From Armatimonadota bacterium (GTDB lineage Bacteria; Armatimonadota; HRBIN16), in NCBI GenBank assembly GCA_040289885.1, contig PSLZ01000004.1:54094-118093 (forward strand): a DNA stretch of 64,000 bases, given 5' to 3'. Every line of letters starts with the position of its first letter. The first letter of the stretch is position 1. The notes beneath the pieces are model-generated. The model did no database searches. It was not told where the DNA came from and was given only the letters and a program-made list of their open reading frames with translations. Both the position numbers and the translations under genes were made by a program. Shown piece by piece: positions 9,809 to 20,109 of this stretch.

Positions 9809-9942
9809 GTGCAGATACCTCCTGATTCGCTTTAGGGATACGTGAAGAGATGGGATACTTGTTCCCCACCTGAGCAGGATTCTTCTCTCTGGGCACGAAT
9901 CCACTCGGCAAGACCAATCTTCGGCAAGGAGGTCACCGAACC

Positions 9943-11421
9943 GTGTCCTCACAGGTGTATATCGCTTTCGATCTCGGTGCGGAAAGCGGACGGGTTGTAG
10001 CGGGCATTTACGACGGTCAGCGTCTGGAACTGCAAACCCTGCATCGTTTCCCCAACACGCCCCTGCGTCTGCCCGATGCGCTGACGTGGAACGTCCTGCG
10101 TCAATACGCCGAAATCCTGCAGGGGATTAGCCTGACCGTGCGCGAGCACGGCGAGCGTGTGCGCTCGGTGGGCGTGGACACCTGGGGGGTGGACTTTGGA
10201 CTGCTGGATGCCCGAGGAACCCTGCTCACCAATCCCGTGCACTATCGGGACCACCGTACCGACGGCATCATGGAGTCGGTTCAGGCGATGGTGGGGGCGG
10301 ATACGATATACGATGCGACCGGCATCCAGTTCATGCCCATCAACACCCTCTATCAGCTGATAGCCGTTCAGCAACAGCACCCGGGCTTGCTGGAGATCAC
10401 CGATAAGATGCTGATGATGCCCGACCTGTTCCACTACTGGTTGAGCGGGACAAAGGTGTGCGAGCGCACCATCGCCAGCACGTCACAGATGATGGACTCG
10501 CGCACCGGCGAGTGGGCTTTAGACCTGTTGAGGCATGTGGGACTTCCGACCCATTTTCTGCCGGAGATCGTGCCGCCGGGAACCCGTTTGGGCAAACTGC
10601 GCAAGGCGGTGCGGGAAGAGACGGGCGCGCAGGACGTGGAGGTGATCGCTCCCGGAAGCCACGACACCGCTTCCGCCGTTGCCGCGGTGCCCGCATCGCT
10701 AGGAAGCGACTTCGCCTATATCAGCAGTGGTACCTGGTCGTTGATGGGAGTGGAACTGCCCGAGCCGCTGATTAATGCGCACACCCGAACACTGAACTTT
10801 ACCAACGAGGGCGGGGTGAATAACACCATCCGCTTTCTGCGCAATATCATGGGACTGTGGCTAGTGCAGGAGTGCCGTCGGGCATATGCGCGCGAGGGAC
10901 AAGAGTATACCTACGAGCAGTTGACTCAGATGGCGTCGGAGGCTCCCGCCTTCCGCTCGCTGATCGACCCCGACTGGCGCGATCTCCTTGCCCCTGCAGA
11001 CATGCGGTCAGCGATTCGCGCGTATTGCGCCAGCACTGAACAGCCCTTGCCCGAAGCGCCCGGGCAGTTCGTGCGCTGTTGCCTAGAAAGCCTTGCGCTG
11101 AAGTACCGCTGGGTGCTAGAGCAGTTGGAGTCGCTGATGGGCAAGCGTCTGCAGGTGATTCACGTGGTAGGTGGTGGCACCCAAAACCGCCTGTTGTGCC
11201 AGTTCACCGCCGACGCCTGCAACCGAACGGTGCTCGCGGGTCCCGTGGAGGCAACAGCCGCGGGCAACGTGCTCCTGCAGATGATCGCGTTGGGTGAGCT
11301 CAAAGGCATCACCGAAGGGCGCGAGCTGGTGCGCCGTTCCACCGAGATTGTGGAGTACACACCCCAGGATCCCGATGCCTGGCAGGAGGCGTATCAGCGG
11401 TTTGAAGGACTGCTGGACTAA
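9943..11421 (+). CDS. rhaB: FGGY-family sugar kinase, rhamnulokinase-like
   Basis: N-terminal IAFDLGAESGR. The length and conserved blocks (GVDTWGVDFGLLD, HVVGGGTQNRLL) match rhamnulokinase. Confidence 0.7.
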   Translation: MSSQVYIAFDLGAESGRVVAGIYDGQRLELQTLHRFPNTPLRLPDALTWNVLRQYAEILQGISLTVREHGERVRSVGVDTWGVDFGLLDARGTLLTNPVHYRDHRTDGIMESVQAMVGADTIYDATGIQFMPINTLYQLIAVQQQHPGLLEITDKMLMMPDLFHYWLSGTKVCERTIASTSQMMDSRTGEWALDLLRHVGLPTHFLPEIVPPGTRLGKLRKAVREETGAQDVEVIAPGSHDTASAVAAVPASLGSDFAYISSGTWSLMGVELPEPLINAHTRTLNFTNEGGVNNTIRFLRNIMGLWLVQECRRAYAREGQEYTYEQLTQMASEAPAFRSLIDPDWRDLLAPADMRSAIRAYCASTEQPLPEAPGQFVRCCLESLALKYRWVLEQLESLMGKRLQVIHVVGGGTQNRLLCQFTADACNRTVLAGPVEATAAGNVLLQMIALGELKGITEGRELVRRSTEIVEYTPQDPDAWQEAYQRFEGLLD

Positions 11422-12121
11422 TCGCTGTGAGATGCGCTTTGTTCCTTCGCTGGCTGGGCAGGCGGTTTCAACAGTGACACCATCACCGACAGACCGAGCA
11501 CCAGCCCGATGATGGCTAGCGACCAGCCAGTGGGCACTTTGTACACCTCGGAGAGGAGCATTTTTATGCCCACGAAGACCAATACGACCGACAGCCCATA
11601 GTGCAGGTAGGCGAACATGTTCATGAAACCAGCCAGCGCAAAGTACAGCGCACGCAGACCCAAGATAGCGAGGACATTGGAGGTATAGACGATGAAGGGA
11701 TCGCGCGAGATAGCCAGAATAGCGGGGATAGAGTCTACCGCAAAGACCAAATCAGTAAGCTCTACAATCAATAGCGTAACAAACAGAGGGGTGGCGTACA
11801 ATATTCCCTGCTTGCGCACAAAAAAGCGCGCTCCCTCATAACTGGGGGTAATACGAAACAGAGCGCGCGCCAGTCTCAGCACCGGGTTGCGTTCGAGATG
11901 GACGGACTTGCCGTGCTGAACCGCCATCTTGATGCCACTGACAATCAGGAGCGCACCAAAGGCGTATATCATCCAGTGAAATCGGTTCAGCAAGCCAATA
12001 CCGCCTGCAATAGCGCCTCTTTAAATCGCACCTCCTGCGCGTGTCGGTGAAACACCCCCAAGTCCAGCGATAGCACCACGATAACCAACACGGCAAAGGC
12101 GATCCAGAAGTACATGCTCAT
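11418..12121 (-). pseudogene. TerC/Alx-family membrane protein with internal deletion plus frame change
   Basis: The first ~35 codons (MSMYFWIAFAVLVIVVLSLDLGVFHRH...FKEA) run straight into the segment AIAGGIGLLNRFHWMIYAFGALL in another frame. Aligned to E. coli Alx, the first TerC half-repeat (roughly 95 aa) is missing. Confidence 0.75.
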
Positions 12122-12143
12122 TCCTCGTGATGATTAATGTGCA

Positions 12144-12270
12144 ACAAAAAAGACCTTCACCGCTCTTTCTGGGTGAAGGTCTCGCCTTTTCGGAGATCGC
12201 CGGCTGCGGGTGGCAGCGTACTGACGACGATCGCCCCTGCTCATGCAGGTGCTACTCCCCTTCCTGCTTA
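12144..12270 (-). promoter_or_regulatory. yybP-ykoY (Mn2+) riboswitch with terminator expression platform
   Basis: The minus strand reads GGAAGGGGAGUAGC...GGCGAGACCUUC, then the hairpin GACCUUCACC-loop-GGUGAAGGUC plus U6. A TGgTATATT extended -10 sits at 12272-12280. Confidence 0.8.
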
Positions 12271-12350
12271 CATGAATATACCACAGGAGCGTCCATATGC
12301 AACAACCTGCAGGGGGTGCGGCGCGTGGTTTGGGAACAAGAGATGAGGTA

Positions 12351-12429
12351 TGGGGCGGCTGATGGGATTCGAACCCACGACCTCCTGAGCCACAGTCAGG
12401 CGCTCTGGACCAGCTGAGCTACAGCCGCC
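12351..12429 (-). tRNA. tRNA-His (GTG)
   Basis: Cloverleaf read by hand: encoded G-1, acceptor GCGGCTG/CAGCCGC, anticodon loop CTGTGGC, TTCGAAT T-loop, CCA encoded. Confidence 0.9.
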
Positions 12430-12446
12430 ACCGGAAGGGGGTTATT

Positions 12447-12523
<77 letters not shown>

Positions 12524-12581
12524 AGGATATGGCTCTTCCTGCAGAGCCATTATACCGCAAAGCGCTCCCCTAAGCAAGACC

Positions 12582-13412
12582 CTATCCGCCGTTGTTGCGG
12601 CGCTCGGCGATCCGGTGCGCGTGCGACACAATCTCCGCGAACGACGCTGCCGACAGGCTCGCCCCGCCCACCAGCGCGCCGTCAATGTGGGGCTGTTCGA
12701 GCAGATCGTGCGCGTTGTCGGGCTTGACCGAGCCGCCGTAAAGCACTCGCAACCCGCGCGCGTTCTCCTCACCGCACACCTCGGTGGCGATGCGCCGTAT
12801 CAGCGCACAGACGCGGTTCGCCTCCGGGGCGCCGCACACCTCGCCCGTGCCGATCGCCCACACTGGCTCGTAAGCGAAGACCAAACAGCCCACCTCGGCG
12901 GGGTCCAGCCCTTCTAGGTCGCGTGTCACCTGGGCGGTAATGATGGTGTCGGTCTGCCCAGCCTGACGCTCGGCAAGGGTCTCGCCCACGCACACGATCG
13001 GCGTCAACCCGTGCAGAAGCGCGGCCTTGATCTTCAGGTTGACGGTCGCATCGTTCTCCCCGAAGTGGCGCAGAATCTCCTCCGTGAAGTCGGGTTCAGG
13101 AACGCCGAACCGCCCTCGTGTCTCGGAGTGACCGATAATCACGTAGCTCACGCCCAGCTCGGTCAGCATCGGCGGCGAAATCTGACTAGTGTAGGCGCCC
13201 TGCTCCTTCCAGAACACATCCTGCGCTCCCAGTTTGATGTCTGTGCCGCGCAGAGCCTGATGGACGGCATACAGCGCGGTGAAGGGAGGGCAGATGCATA
13301 CCTCGGCGTTCAACGCATCCAGATTGCGATGCTTTAACTCCTCTACTAAAGCCAGTGACCACGCCACCGTGCCGTGCATCTTCCAGTTACCGGCTATCAG
13401 CTGGTCAGGCAT
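12582..13412 (-). CDS. tpiA: triosephosphate isomerase
   Basis: IAGNWKMHGT, IIGHSETR and YEPVWAIGTG motifs. GGAGAAGGG SD lies before the ATG at 13412. Confidence 0.9.
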   Translation of the reverse strand: MPDQLIAGNWKMHGTVAWSLALVEELKHRNLDALNAEVCICPPFTALYAVHQALRGTDIKLGAQDVFWKEQGAYTSQISPPMLTELGVSYVIIGHSETRGRFGVPEPDFTEEILRHFGENDATVNLKIKAALLHGLTPIVCVGETLAERQAGQTDTIITAQVTRDLEGLDPAEVGCLVFAYEPVWAIGTGEVCGAPEANRVCALIRRIATEVCGEENARGLRVLYGGSVKPDNAHDLLEQPHIDGALVGGASLSAASFAEIVSHAHRIAERRNNGG

Positions 13413-13458
13413 AACCCTTCTCCTGTTGTGGTGATAGTCTCGGCTACCATATTCCTCT

Positions 13459-16400
13459 TCAGTGGGCAATTATCCTGTCCGGGCGCACCACGTATCGGTG
13501 CTTGAACGTCATCGCTTCGCCCGGCGCAAGCGTCTTGGGGTGCGAGAACAGCTCCAGATTGTAAAAATCGGTGTAGGCGTAGAGGTAACACTGGCGTATC
13601 TGCACCGGGGCGAACGCGTTCAGGATAACGACCTTCTCGGCGGGGACCAGAACGCCCCACTCACCGGCAGGCAACTCGGCTTCTTTGAGGAACGTCTCTG
13701 AGCGCATAGGGAGCTCGCGCCATCCGCCATCAGTCGTGCGCACGACGAGCTTCAGCGCGTCACTACCCGCCGAAAGGCGAAACTGCGGGTGCGTCCGCAG
13801 TACCACGTTCGGGACGGTCTGAGACGAGCGGTTGGTCAGACGGGTCTCGATCTCTACCGCCGGCTCGTCTGGCGAGAGGGTGACGATGCGCGTGATCTGC
13901 AAGCCGTTCGGCAGATTCGCTACCAACGTGGCACTGCGTCTATCTGCGGAGACGGTGCACGTGTACTGCTCGCGCCAGCCCGGCGAGGCGAACGACTCGC
14001 CCACATACTCTTCATAACCCCCGAAATTGAGGTAGTGCTCTGCCTGGTGTCCATTCTGCAAAAGGTGCCACTGCAGGGTGGCGCGCCAGAAGAGGTCCTC
14101 TTTCAGCCCTTTGTGGTACAGTCGCCAGATTCGTCCTCCCAGCGAAGGCACGACGTCCGCGATCAGATGGGGGCTTTCCAGGCGAACGATGTACTGTTGC
14201 ACCGCCTCATCGCTCATGGCACGCTGTTCGTTTTCATACACGCCCCTGGGGTCGTTCATCAGCCGTAACACCTGTGGGCACTCCCACCAGCGGGGGCGCG
14301 TTGGCTCGAAGCCGGTGATGGCGGTGAGCGAGTAACGCAGGCGAGGCTCCACCATCCATTCCCGCCCGATGGCGCGGGTAAGACGAAGCAGTTCCGCGAT
14401 GCGGACATAGTCTTCCACAGAGGGCATCTGCCGGGTGTAACCGCGCTCGCTTCCATCGGGCACGATGTCTCTTCCGCGCTGGACGTTCACGAACAGGTCG
14501 GTGAACAGCACGCCCCACTTCTCGCGCCAGATGCGGCGTTTGATCAGCTCGGAATCCTCCAGCTTCTCGGCTCCGGCAAACAGGGGATAGATCTGCTTGT
14601 CCAGCCATTCCCGCGTGAACAGCTCGCGGAAGAACCGCTGTCCCGGCCCCGCGTGGCAGTCCATCACCCCTTCGCTCTGCGATTCGATCGCGCTCTGGTG
14701 CAGGCGGTGCACATAGTCACGAAGTGGTCGCCATGCCTTGCCGTACCACGCCCTGCAGAACTCGTCGATCATCCGCTTCATGTCGGCATCGGGGTTCCAC
14801 ATCAGCCGGGGCATGACGTAAGAGTAGAGGTGCACCAGATGTCCGTCGGTTAGACCGCAGATATACACACCGCGAATGCCTATCTGCTTGTAGTATTTCA
14901 GGTTCTGCGCGAAGGCGTAGAGCGCGGGAAAGGGATAGCCGATGTAGTAATAGGTCGTGGGGTATTCGAAGGTGATGATGCCCTTTGCGCCCAGCGGATG
15001 CGCAGCCATCCACCCCTCAAGGTCGGAAATGACGTTGCGCTGGAGGTTAATCGGGTGCGACCAGGGGCGTGCCTGGCATTCGCTGATGGCGCAGAAGATG
15101 ATCAGATGGTTAGGCAAGGGACGCTCCTTCACCGGCGGCTTGCGCGTCGTCCAGTATGCCAGCGTGGTGACGAACTTGCCCGGAAACCGCTTCGCCACCT
15201 CCTGCGCGATCTGGTTGTTGAACCAGATCACGGCGTCAGTGAGGCTACCGTGCTCCGCATACCATGCCCGGCACCGCTCGCACTGGCAGAAGTGCCCGGT
15301 GTCGCCGTAGTGCACCGGATAGTAGATGGGCTCGGGATGACTCTCGATCCATTTCAGCACCGCCGCGGTCATCGCCTTTTGCAGGTCGGGATTGGAGAGG
15401 CAGAACTGCTGCAGGTGACGCTCGGTGATCCGGCGTTCGCCATCGATCATCGCCAGCCACTCTTTGGGCACGTCCTCCGCGTGCAGAAGGAACCCCATGG
15501 TATGGTGCCAGAACCCCCCAGGGGGGATCGCCATCATCTTGGGCAGGTCGGTATCGCCCACTTTGGCTTCCCACTCCCCGGGCGATAGTCCGGCGGTCAT
15601 CGGGTATACCCTCCCCCACATTGCACGCCATTCGAAGGCGGGTTTGTCTATCATCTCCAGCGGCGCGCGGATGTTAAGGGTCGCCTTGTGCGGCACCACT
15701 TCCATCTCGGTGGAGTAGAAGCGACAGCCCAACCGCTCCAGCAGTCGGTAAACCGCATACACCGTGCCGCGATAGCCGCCCCCCGCTAACAGCAGGTTGC
15801 CCGCCTTCAGGCGCAGGATAAAACCGTCGGATTCCAGCGGCTCGTACTCCGCATCGGTATACAGGTTGCGCGCGCGGGCGGGCTCGCTTCTGCCAATGTA
15901 GAGGACACCCTGCGCCGGTAGCCCGCCACCGTCGCCCTCCACGACAGGTATCTCCCTGCCCGTTATTTCACGCAGGTAGCGCTGGAGTTCGCGCGCTGAC
16001 GCCTTCTCTACCGTGTGCGCCTGTGCATGCACGAAAATCTGCTGAACTTCCATCCGTCTGCCCCCCTCCACCAGCAACACCTTGCCCGATGCTTGTGTCC
16101 GTGACTTCGGCGGGGTGACAGGTCGCGCGCTCAACCGTAGCCCGCAGGTTACCTCGCCCTCTGTGGCTGTCCATTGATAGAGTAGCCAGTATATCCTCTC
16201 GGGCTGGGGAAAGTCGCGTGAGCGCATATCGTGCAGCGCCGGGCTCAAATCGCCGAGGTTTTCCACTGTCATCTCCACGCGACGCCCCGTCAACGTGATG
16301 ATCCCTCGCACGCCAGCGGAGATCAGCTGGGTGCCGGACGCGGAGGTCTGAGGCTTCTCCAGCGAAAGAACCTGCGGACGCAACTGCCCGAACAGGCTTT

Positions 16401-16839
16401 GTAGGCGATAGGTTCCTCCCGCGAACTCCTCCGGTGGGAACATCACCAACGCGCACTCCACCGGGCTGGGTTCTATGGGTTTCTGCACCCTCAAGGTACA
16501 CCATATCGTTATGCCATCTGCCTGCACGGTGGTCTGATGCTCGATCACCGCCTGAATGTCGGCAATGGTCTGCGTCACCGAGATGCGGTTACCCTTTACC
16601 TCCACCTGTGCCGAAGGGGAAGCCAGGTTAGCGGCGCTGAAATATGCTCCCGCATAACCCGGTTTGAAAACGGCCACACGGCTCGCGGTAACAAGCGGAA
16701 CGTTGCGAAAAGTGACCTGCAGACCCTGCTCTGTCCAGCGAGCGGTGTAGTCCCCTTGATGCACGGAAACGTCTCCTGCCGAGGCGATGCCGCAGGCGAC
16801 AAGTAGAAGAGCCACCGTAGCAATGACCCTATCGACCAT
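13459..16839 (-). CDS. large secreted DUF4838-like glycan-active protein
   Basis: Signal peptide MVDRVIATVALLLVACGIASA after a GAGGAGGAAAGG SD. The FCQCERCRAW cysteine motif is shared with the paralog at 27712-30036. Confidence 0.6.
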   Translation of the reverse strand: MVDRVIATVALLLVACGIASAGDVSVHQGDYTARWTEQGLQVTFRNVPLVTASRVAVFKPGYAGAYFSAANLASPSAQVEVKGNRISVTQTIADIQAVIEHQTTVQADGITIWCTLRVQKPIEPSPVECALVMFPPEEFAGGTYRLQSLFGQLRPQVLSLEKPQTSASGTQLISAGVRGIITLTGRRVEMTVENLGDLSPALHDMRSRDFPQPERIYWLLYQWTATEGEVTCGLRLSARPVTPPKSRTQASGKVLLVEGGRRMEVQQIFVHAQAHTVEKASARELQRYLREITGREIPVVEGDGGGLPAQGVLYIGRSEPARARNLYTDAEYEPLESDGFILRLKAGNLLLAGGGYRGTVYAVYRLLERLGCRFYSTEMEVVPHKATLNIRAPLEMIDKPAFEWRAMWGRVYPMTAGLSPGEWEAKVGDTDLPKMMAIPPGGFWHHTMGFLLHAEDVPKEWLAMIDGERRITERHLQQFCLSNPDLQKAMTAAVLKWIESHPEPIYYPVHYGDTGHFCQCERCRAWYAEHGSLTDAVIWFNNQIAQEVAKRFPGKFVTTLAYWTTRKPPVKERPLPNHLIIFCAISECQARPWSHPINLQRNVISDLEGWMAAHPLGAKGIITFEYPTTYYYIGYPFPALYAFAQNLKYYKQIGIRGVYICGLTDGHLVHLYSYVMPRLMWNPDADMKRMIDEFCRAWYGKAWRPLRDYVHRLHQSAIESQSEGVMDCHAGPGQRFFRELFTREWLDKQIYPLFAGAEKLEDSELIKRRIWREKWGVLFTDLFVNVQRGRDIVPDGSERGYTRQMPSVEDYVRIAELLRLTRAIGREWMVEPRLRYSLTAITGFEPTRPRWWECPQVLRLMNDPRGVYENEQRAMSDEAVQQYIVRLESPHLIADVVPSLGGRIWRLYHKGLKEDLFWRATLQWHLLQNGHQAEHYLNFGGYEEYVGESFASPGWREQYTCTVSADRRSATLVANLPNGLQITRIVTLSPDEPAVEIETRLTNRSSQTVPNVVLRTHPQFRLSAGSDALKLVVRTTDGGWRELPMRSETFLKEAELPAGEWGVLVPAEKVVILNAFAPVQIRQCYLYAYTDFYNLELFSHPKTLAPGEAMTFKHRYVVRPDRIIAH

Positions 16840-16940
16840 CAGCCTTTCCTCCTCACTAGCGCATACGCGTCTCCTTCTGAGCCATTGGAAACTTTTTTCG
16901 ATTTTTTCTCGAAAATTACCTGCTTCACCCCTCAAAAACC

Positions 16941-16969
16941 TTGACATTGTAATATATCAGTGTTATAAT
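16941..16969 (+). promoter_or_regulatory. consensus sigma70 promoter TTGACA-17-TATAAT driving a leaderless mRNA
   Basis: -35 at 16941-16946 and -10 at 16964-16969. The ATG at 16976 lies exactly 7 nt after the -10, and there is no SD. Confidence 0.6.
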
Positions 16970-16975
16970 AGAGCC

Positions 16976-17584
16976 ATGAGCACCGAAACGGCGCAGTGGA
17001 CAATTGAGGAGCTGGTCGAACGAGCCAACCGTGCCCTGCGGTACAACTCGTTGCCTGCCCACAGCCGACGTGTGCGCGACCACCTGAGCCTGCGGCAGGC
17101 GCGCCTGTATACCACGCTGGGTTTGCTCAGCCGCCCCGAACTGCGCGGCAGGAAGGGCTACTACAGCGTGAAGCACCTGATGCAACTGGTGGCTATCAAA
17201 CGGCTACAGTCCCTCGGTTGGTCGCTGGTAGAGATTCAGAACCGCTTGCTGGGTTTGAGCGACGAGGAGCTGGCTCAGATTGCCCGAATCCCGCCCGAAG
17301 ATCTGTCCAAGCCGGTCGTAGTGAGGCAATCCCGGGCATCCGTGCAACGCCGGGAGACCGCTTTCTGGCGCCAAACCGGCCACGCACTCTCCACCGTCGA
17401 GCGGGAAGCGGTCGTAGAGCACTGGCTGGCGATACCTCTGGGTGACGGCATCAAACTGATGGTCCGCGCCGAGATAGAGATGGACCAGGAGACCCTGCAG
17501 GCATTGCGTCGCCTGGTGTCTCAATGGCAGAAGAGCATGCCGCGAGGCAATCACAAACCAGAAGGAGGGAACACCGATGACTGA
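16976..17584 (+). CDS. MerR-family HTH protein
   Basis: WTIEELVERANRAL...LRQARLYTTLGLL...YYSVKHLMQLVAIKRLQSLGWSLVEIQ matches a MerR HTH plus dimerization helix. Confidence 0.7.
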   Translation: MSTETAQWTIEELVERANRALRYNSLPAHSRRVRDHLSLRQARLYTTLGLLSRPELRGRKGYYSVKHLMQLVAIKRLQSLGWSLVEIQNRLLGLSDEELAQIARIPPEDLSKPVVVRQSRASVQRRETAFWRQTGHALSTVEREAVVEHWLAIPLGDGIKLMVRAEIEMDQETLQALRRLVSQWQKSMPRGNHKPEGGNTDD

Positions 17585-19895
17585 ACCCACGTCAGTGGCT
17601 CCTCTGAACGAGGAGGTATTGCCTCTGGAAGAGGCTGGGCTGGGTACACTCAGTACCCCCAATGGCAATCTGCCGCCCAAGCAGGTTCGCGTCTTCGCAC
17701 AGATTGCAGGTCTCTACGCGCACACGACCCTGGAGCAGACCTTCAAGAACACCCTCCAGCATGCGCTTGAGGCGACCTACATCTTCCCGCTACCCCCACG
17801 TGCGGCGGTGACAGGGTTCGTGATGCAGGTGGGCGAGCGGCGCATCGAAGGGGTGCTGGAAGAACGACAGAAGGCGAGGCAGGAGTGCGAGGAAGCCATC
17901 CGCCAGGGACATCGGGCGGCGATCACCGAGCAAGAGCGCCAGAACGTGTGCACCCTGCGCGTGGGCAATCTCATGCCCGGCGAAGAGGCACACATCACCT
18001 TTCGCATGATAAGCCCGCTGGATGTCGACACTGGGGAGGTAACCTACCGGTTTCCACTGGTGGTGGCGTCGCGCTATATCCCGGGTACGCCGCTGGAAGA
18101 TGAATCGGTCGGCGATGGCGTTGCTAGCGACACCGACCAGGTGCCTGATGCGTCGCGAATCACCCCACCTGTGCTCCTGCCTGGCTTCCCCAACCCGGTG
18201 TACCTCTCCATTCAGGCGGAGATCGAGAACACCGGTGGAATAAGCGTCCGAGACCTGCGAAGCAGTCTCCATGCGATATCGACGGAGGAGCACGATGGCG
18301 TGATACGGGTAGAGGTGCGCCCCGGCGACAGGCTAAATCGCGACTTCATCCTGCGCTATCGGCTCTTGCAAGAGGACTTCGCCGCCGGTGCCGTCGCGTC
18401 GCCGGACGCGGAAGATTCACACACGGGCACCTTTCACTGCCTGATTACCGCACCACCCGAGGAGCCGGGCACGCGCCCCCCGCGAGATATCGCCTTTGTG
18501 CTCGACCGCTCAGGCAGTATGGCAGGCTGGAAGATGGAGGCGGCGCGACGGGTAACCGGTCGCCTGCTGGACAGCCTAATCGCCCATGACCGCTTTGCGC
18601 TCATCGCCTTCGACACCGCGGTGGAAACGTTCGCTGGGAAGAAGACCTCTTCCCTCTACGAAGCCAACAACCAGAACCGTTACCAGGCGATGGAGTGGCT
18701 GGCACATATCGGCGCGCGTGGGGGCACGGAGGTATTTGCCCGCGTTGGAGCACGCGACCACCCTGCTGGAGAGGGCAAAGCGTCCCGAAGCGTTCCGCGC
18801 CATCGTGCTGGTAACCGACGGGCAGGTGGGCAACGAGGACGCCGTTGTGCGCCGAATGAGCAAGGCAGGAATAGCCATGTTCGTGGTCGGTGTGGATGTC
18901 GCGGTCAACGACGCCCTGACGCGGCGACTAGCGCAGGCGACCGGGGGAACCTGCGAGCTGATAGAGAGCGAACAACGCTTGGACAAAGTGCTTGACCGTC
19001 TGACCCAGCAGATTGGTGCCCCGGTGCTGAGGAACATTCGCGTTACCGCAGAGGGAACTGGGTTGTCGCTGATTCAGACGATTGCGTGCCCAGCGATGGC
19101 TTCAACCTGTATGCTGGTGGCGTTGCGTTGATGATGGGACGCTATACCGCGGGCTCGCAGGACTGGCATCTGCGGGTTTGGGGCGTTCTGCCAGACGGCA
19201 GGCGATGGCAACAAGAGGTGAAGCCGAAGTTTACTGACCATCCCGCGATACGCCCGGCGTGGGCGCGCGCCTTAATCAACCAGCTGGAGGACGATTACGT
19301 CCTACAGGCTACCCCCGAGCTGGAGGAACGGAGATTGCGCCTCTCGCTGGAGAACCGCGTGCTGTGCCGTTTCACCGCCTACGTGGCCATCGACCGGTCA
19401 GAAGTGGTCAACGCGGGTGGCGAAGTGCGACGCATTGTTCAGCCTATGGACGCCCCTGCGGGTTGGGACATGTTCTCGGATATAGCCGTTGCGTATGCCG
19501 ATGCATATGAGGTTGATATCAGGTCTGCCTTCAGGGCTTACTGCGTAGCGCCCCTCTTCGACTACTACGTGGAGGAGCACTACGTGGAGGAGGAAGAGGA
19601 AAATTGGTCCGTGTCAGACTATCTGCGCATCCTGCCGCAGGTGCCTCCGACAGAGGTCACCTCCTTGCTTCATCAATTGGAGCATGACCTGCAGGTCTGG
19701 ATGAACGCTCTGCGTAGAAAGCCCCGGGCGGCGAAGATGGTACAGCGGTTGCAGGGACTGCTCGACGCGATCCAGCAGCCTGAGTGGCATACCGACCAGC
19801 AGGCTCTTGAGCAACTGCTACAACTGTGTCGTGAGACGCTAGAGGCGTTAGACCGGAGCGGGCTTCTCTCGCGACGGAGAGGCCGATGGTGGTAG
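17577..19895 (+). pseudogene. VIT plus von Willebrand A domain protein, two frameshifts
   Basis: VIT-like N-terminus and vWA MIDAS motif VLDRSGSM. The reading frame changes near 18733 (GGTEV/LPALEHA) and near 19085 (LIQTIA/VPSDGFNLYAGG). It overlaps merR by 8 nt. Confidence 0.7.
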
Positions 19896-19900
19896 CATCT

Positions 19901-20045
19901 CAGGCTCTGCAGGCGATGGGTTCCTCCCGCGAACTCCTCCGACGGGCTGGGTTGTAGGCACCTGCAGAGTTCGCTCTGTCCAGCGGGAGGTGTCATCCCC
20001 TCGGCGTACGGAAACACCTCCCGCCAATGCAAGTCTGCTGGTAAG
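19901..20045 (-). pseudogene. decayed relic of the 5' end of a DUF4838 paralog
   Basis: Nucleotide similarity to 16391-16433, 16458-16476 and 16714-16806, with two internal gaps. Translated pieces read EEFAGGTHRLQSL and GVSVRRGDDTSRWTERTLQV. Confidence 0.6.
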
Positions 20046-20109
20046 CCGTGCCAGTGTCAAACACACTGGGCAGTGTGCTTCATCGCCGTTCTACCCGCCT
20101 AGATGCATC

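Noticed and set aside
12127-12417. A 96-aa plus-strand ORF between terC and the tRNAs.
   Set aside because: It is the antisense of the Mn2+ riboswitch and runs into tRNA-His, so there is no coding signal.
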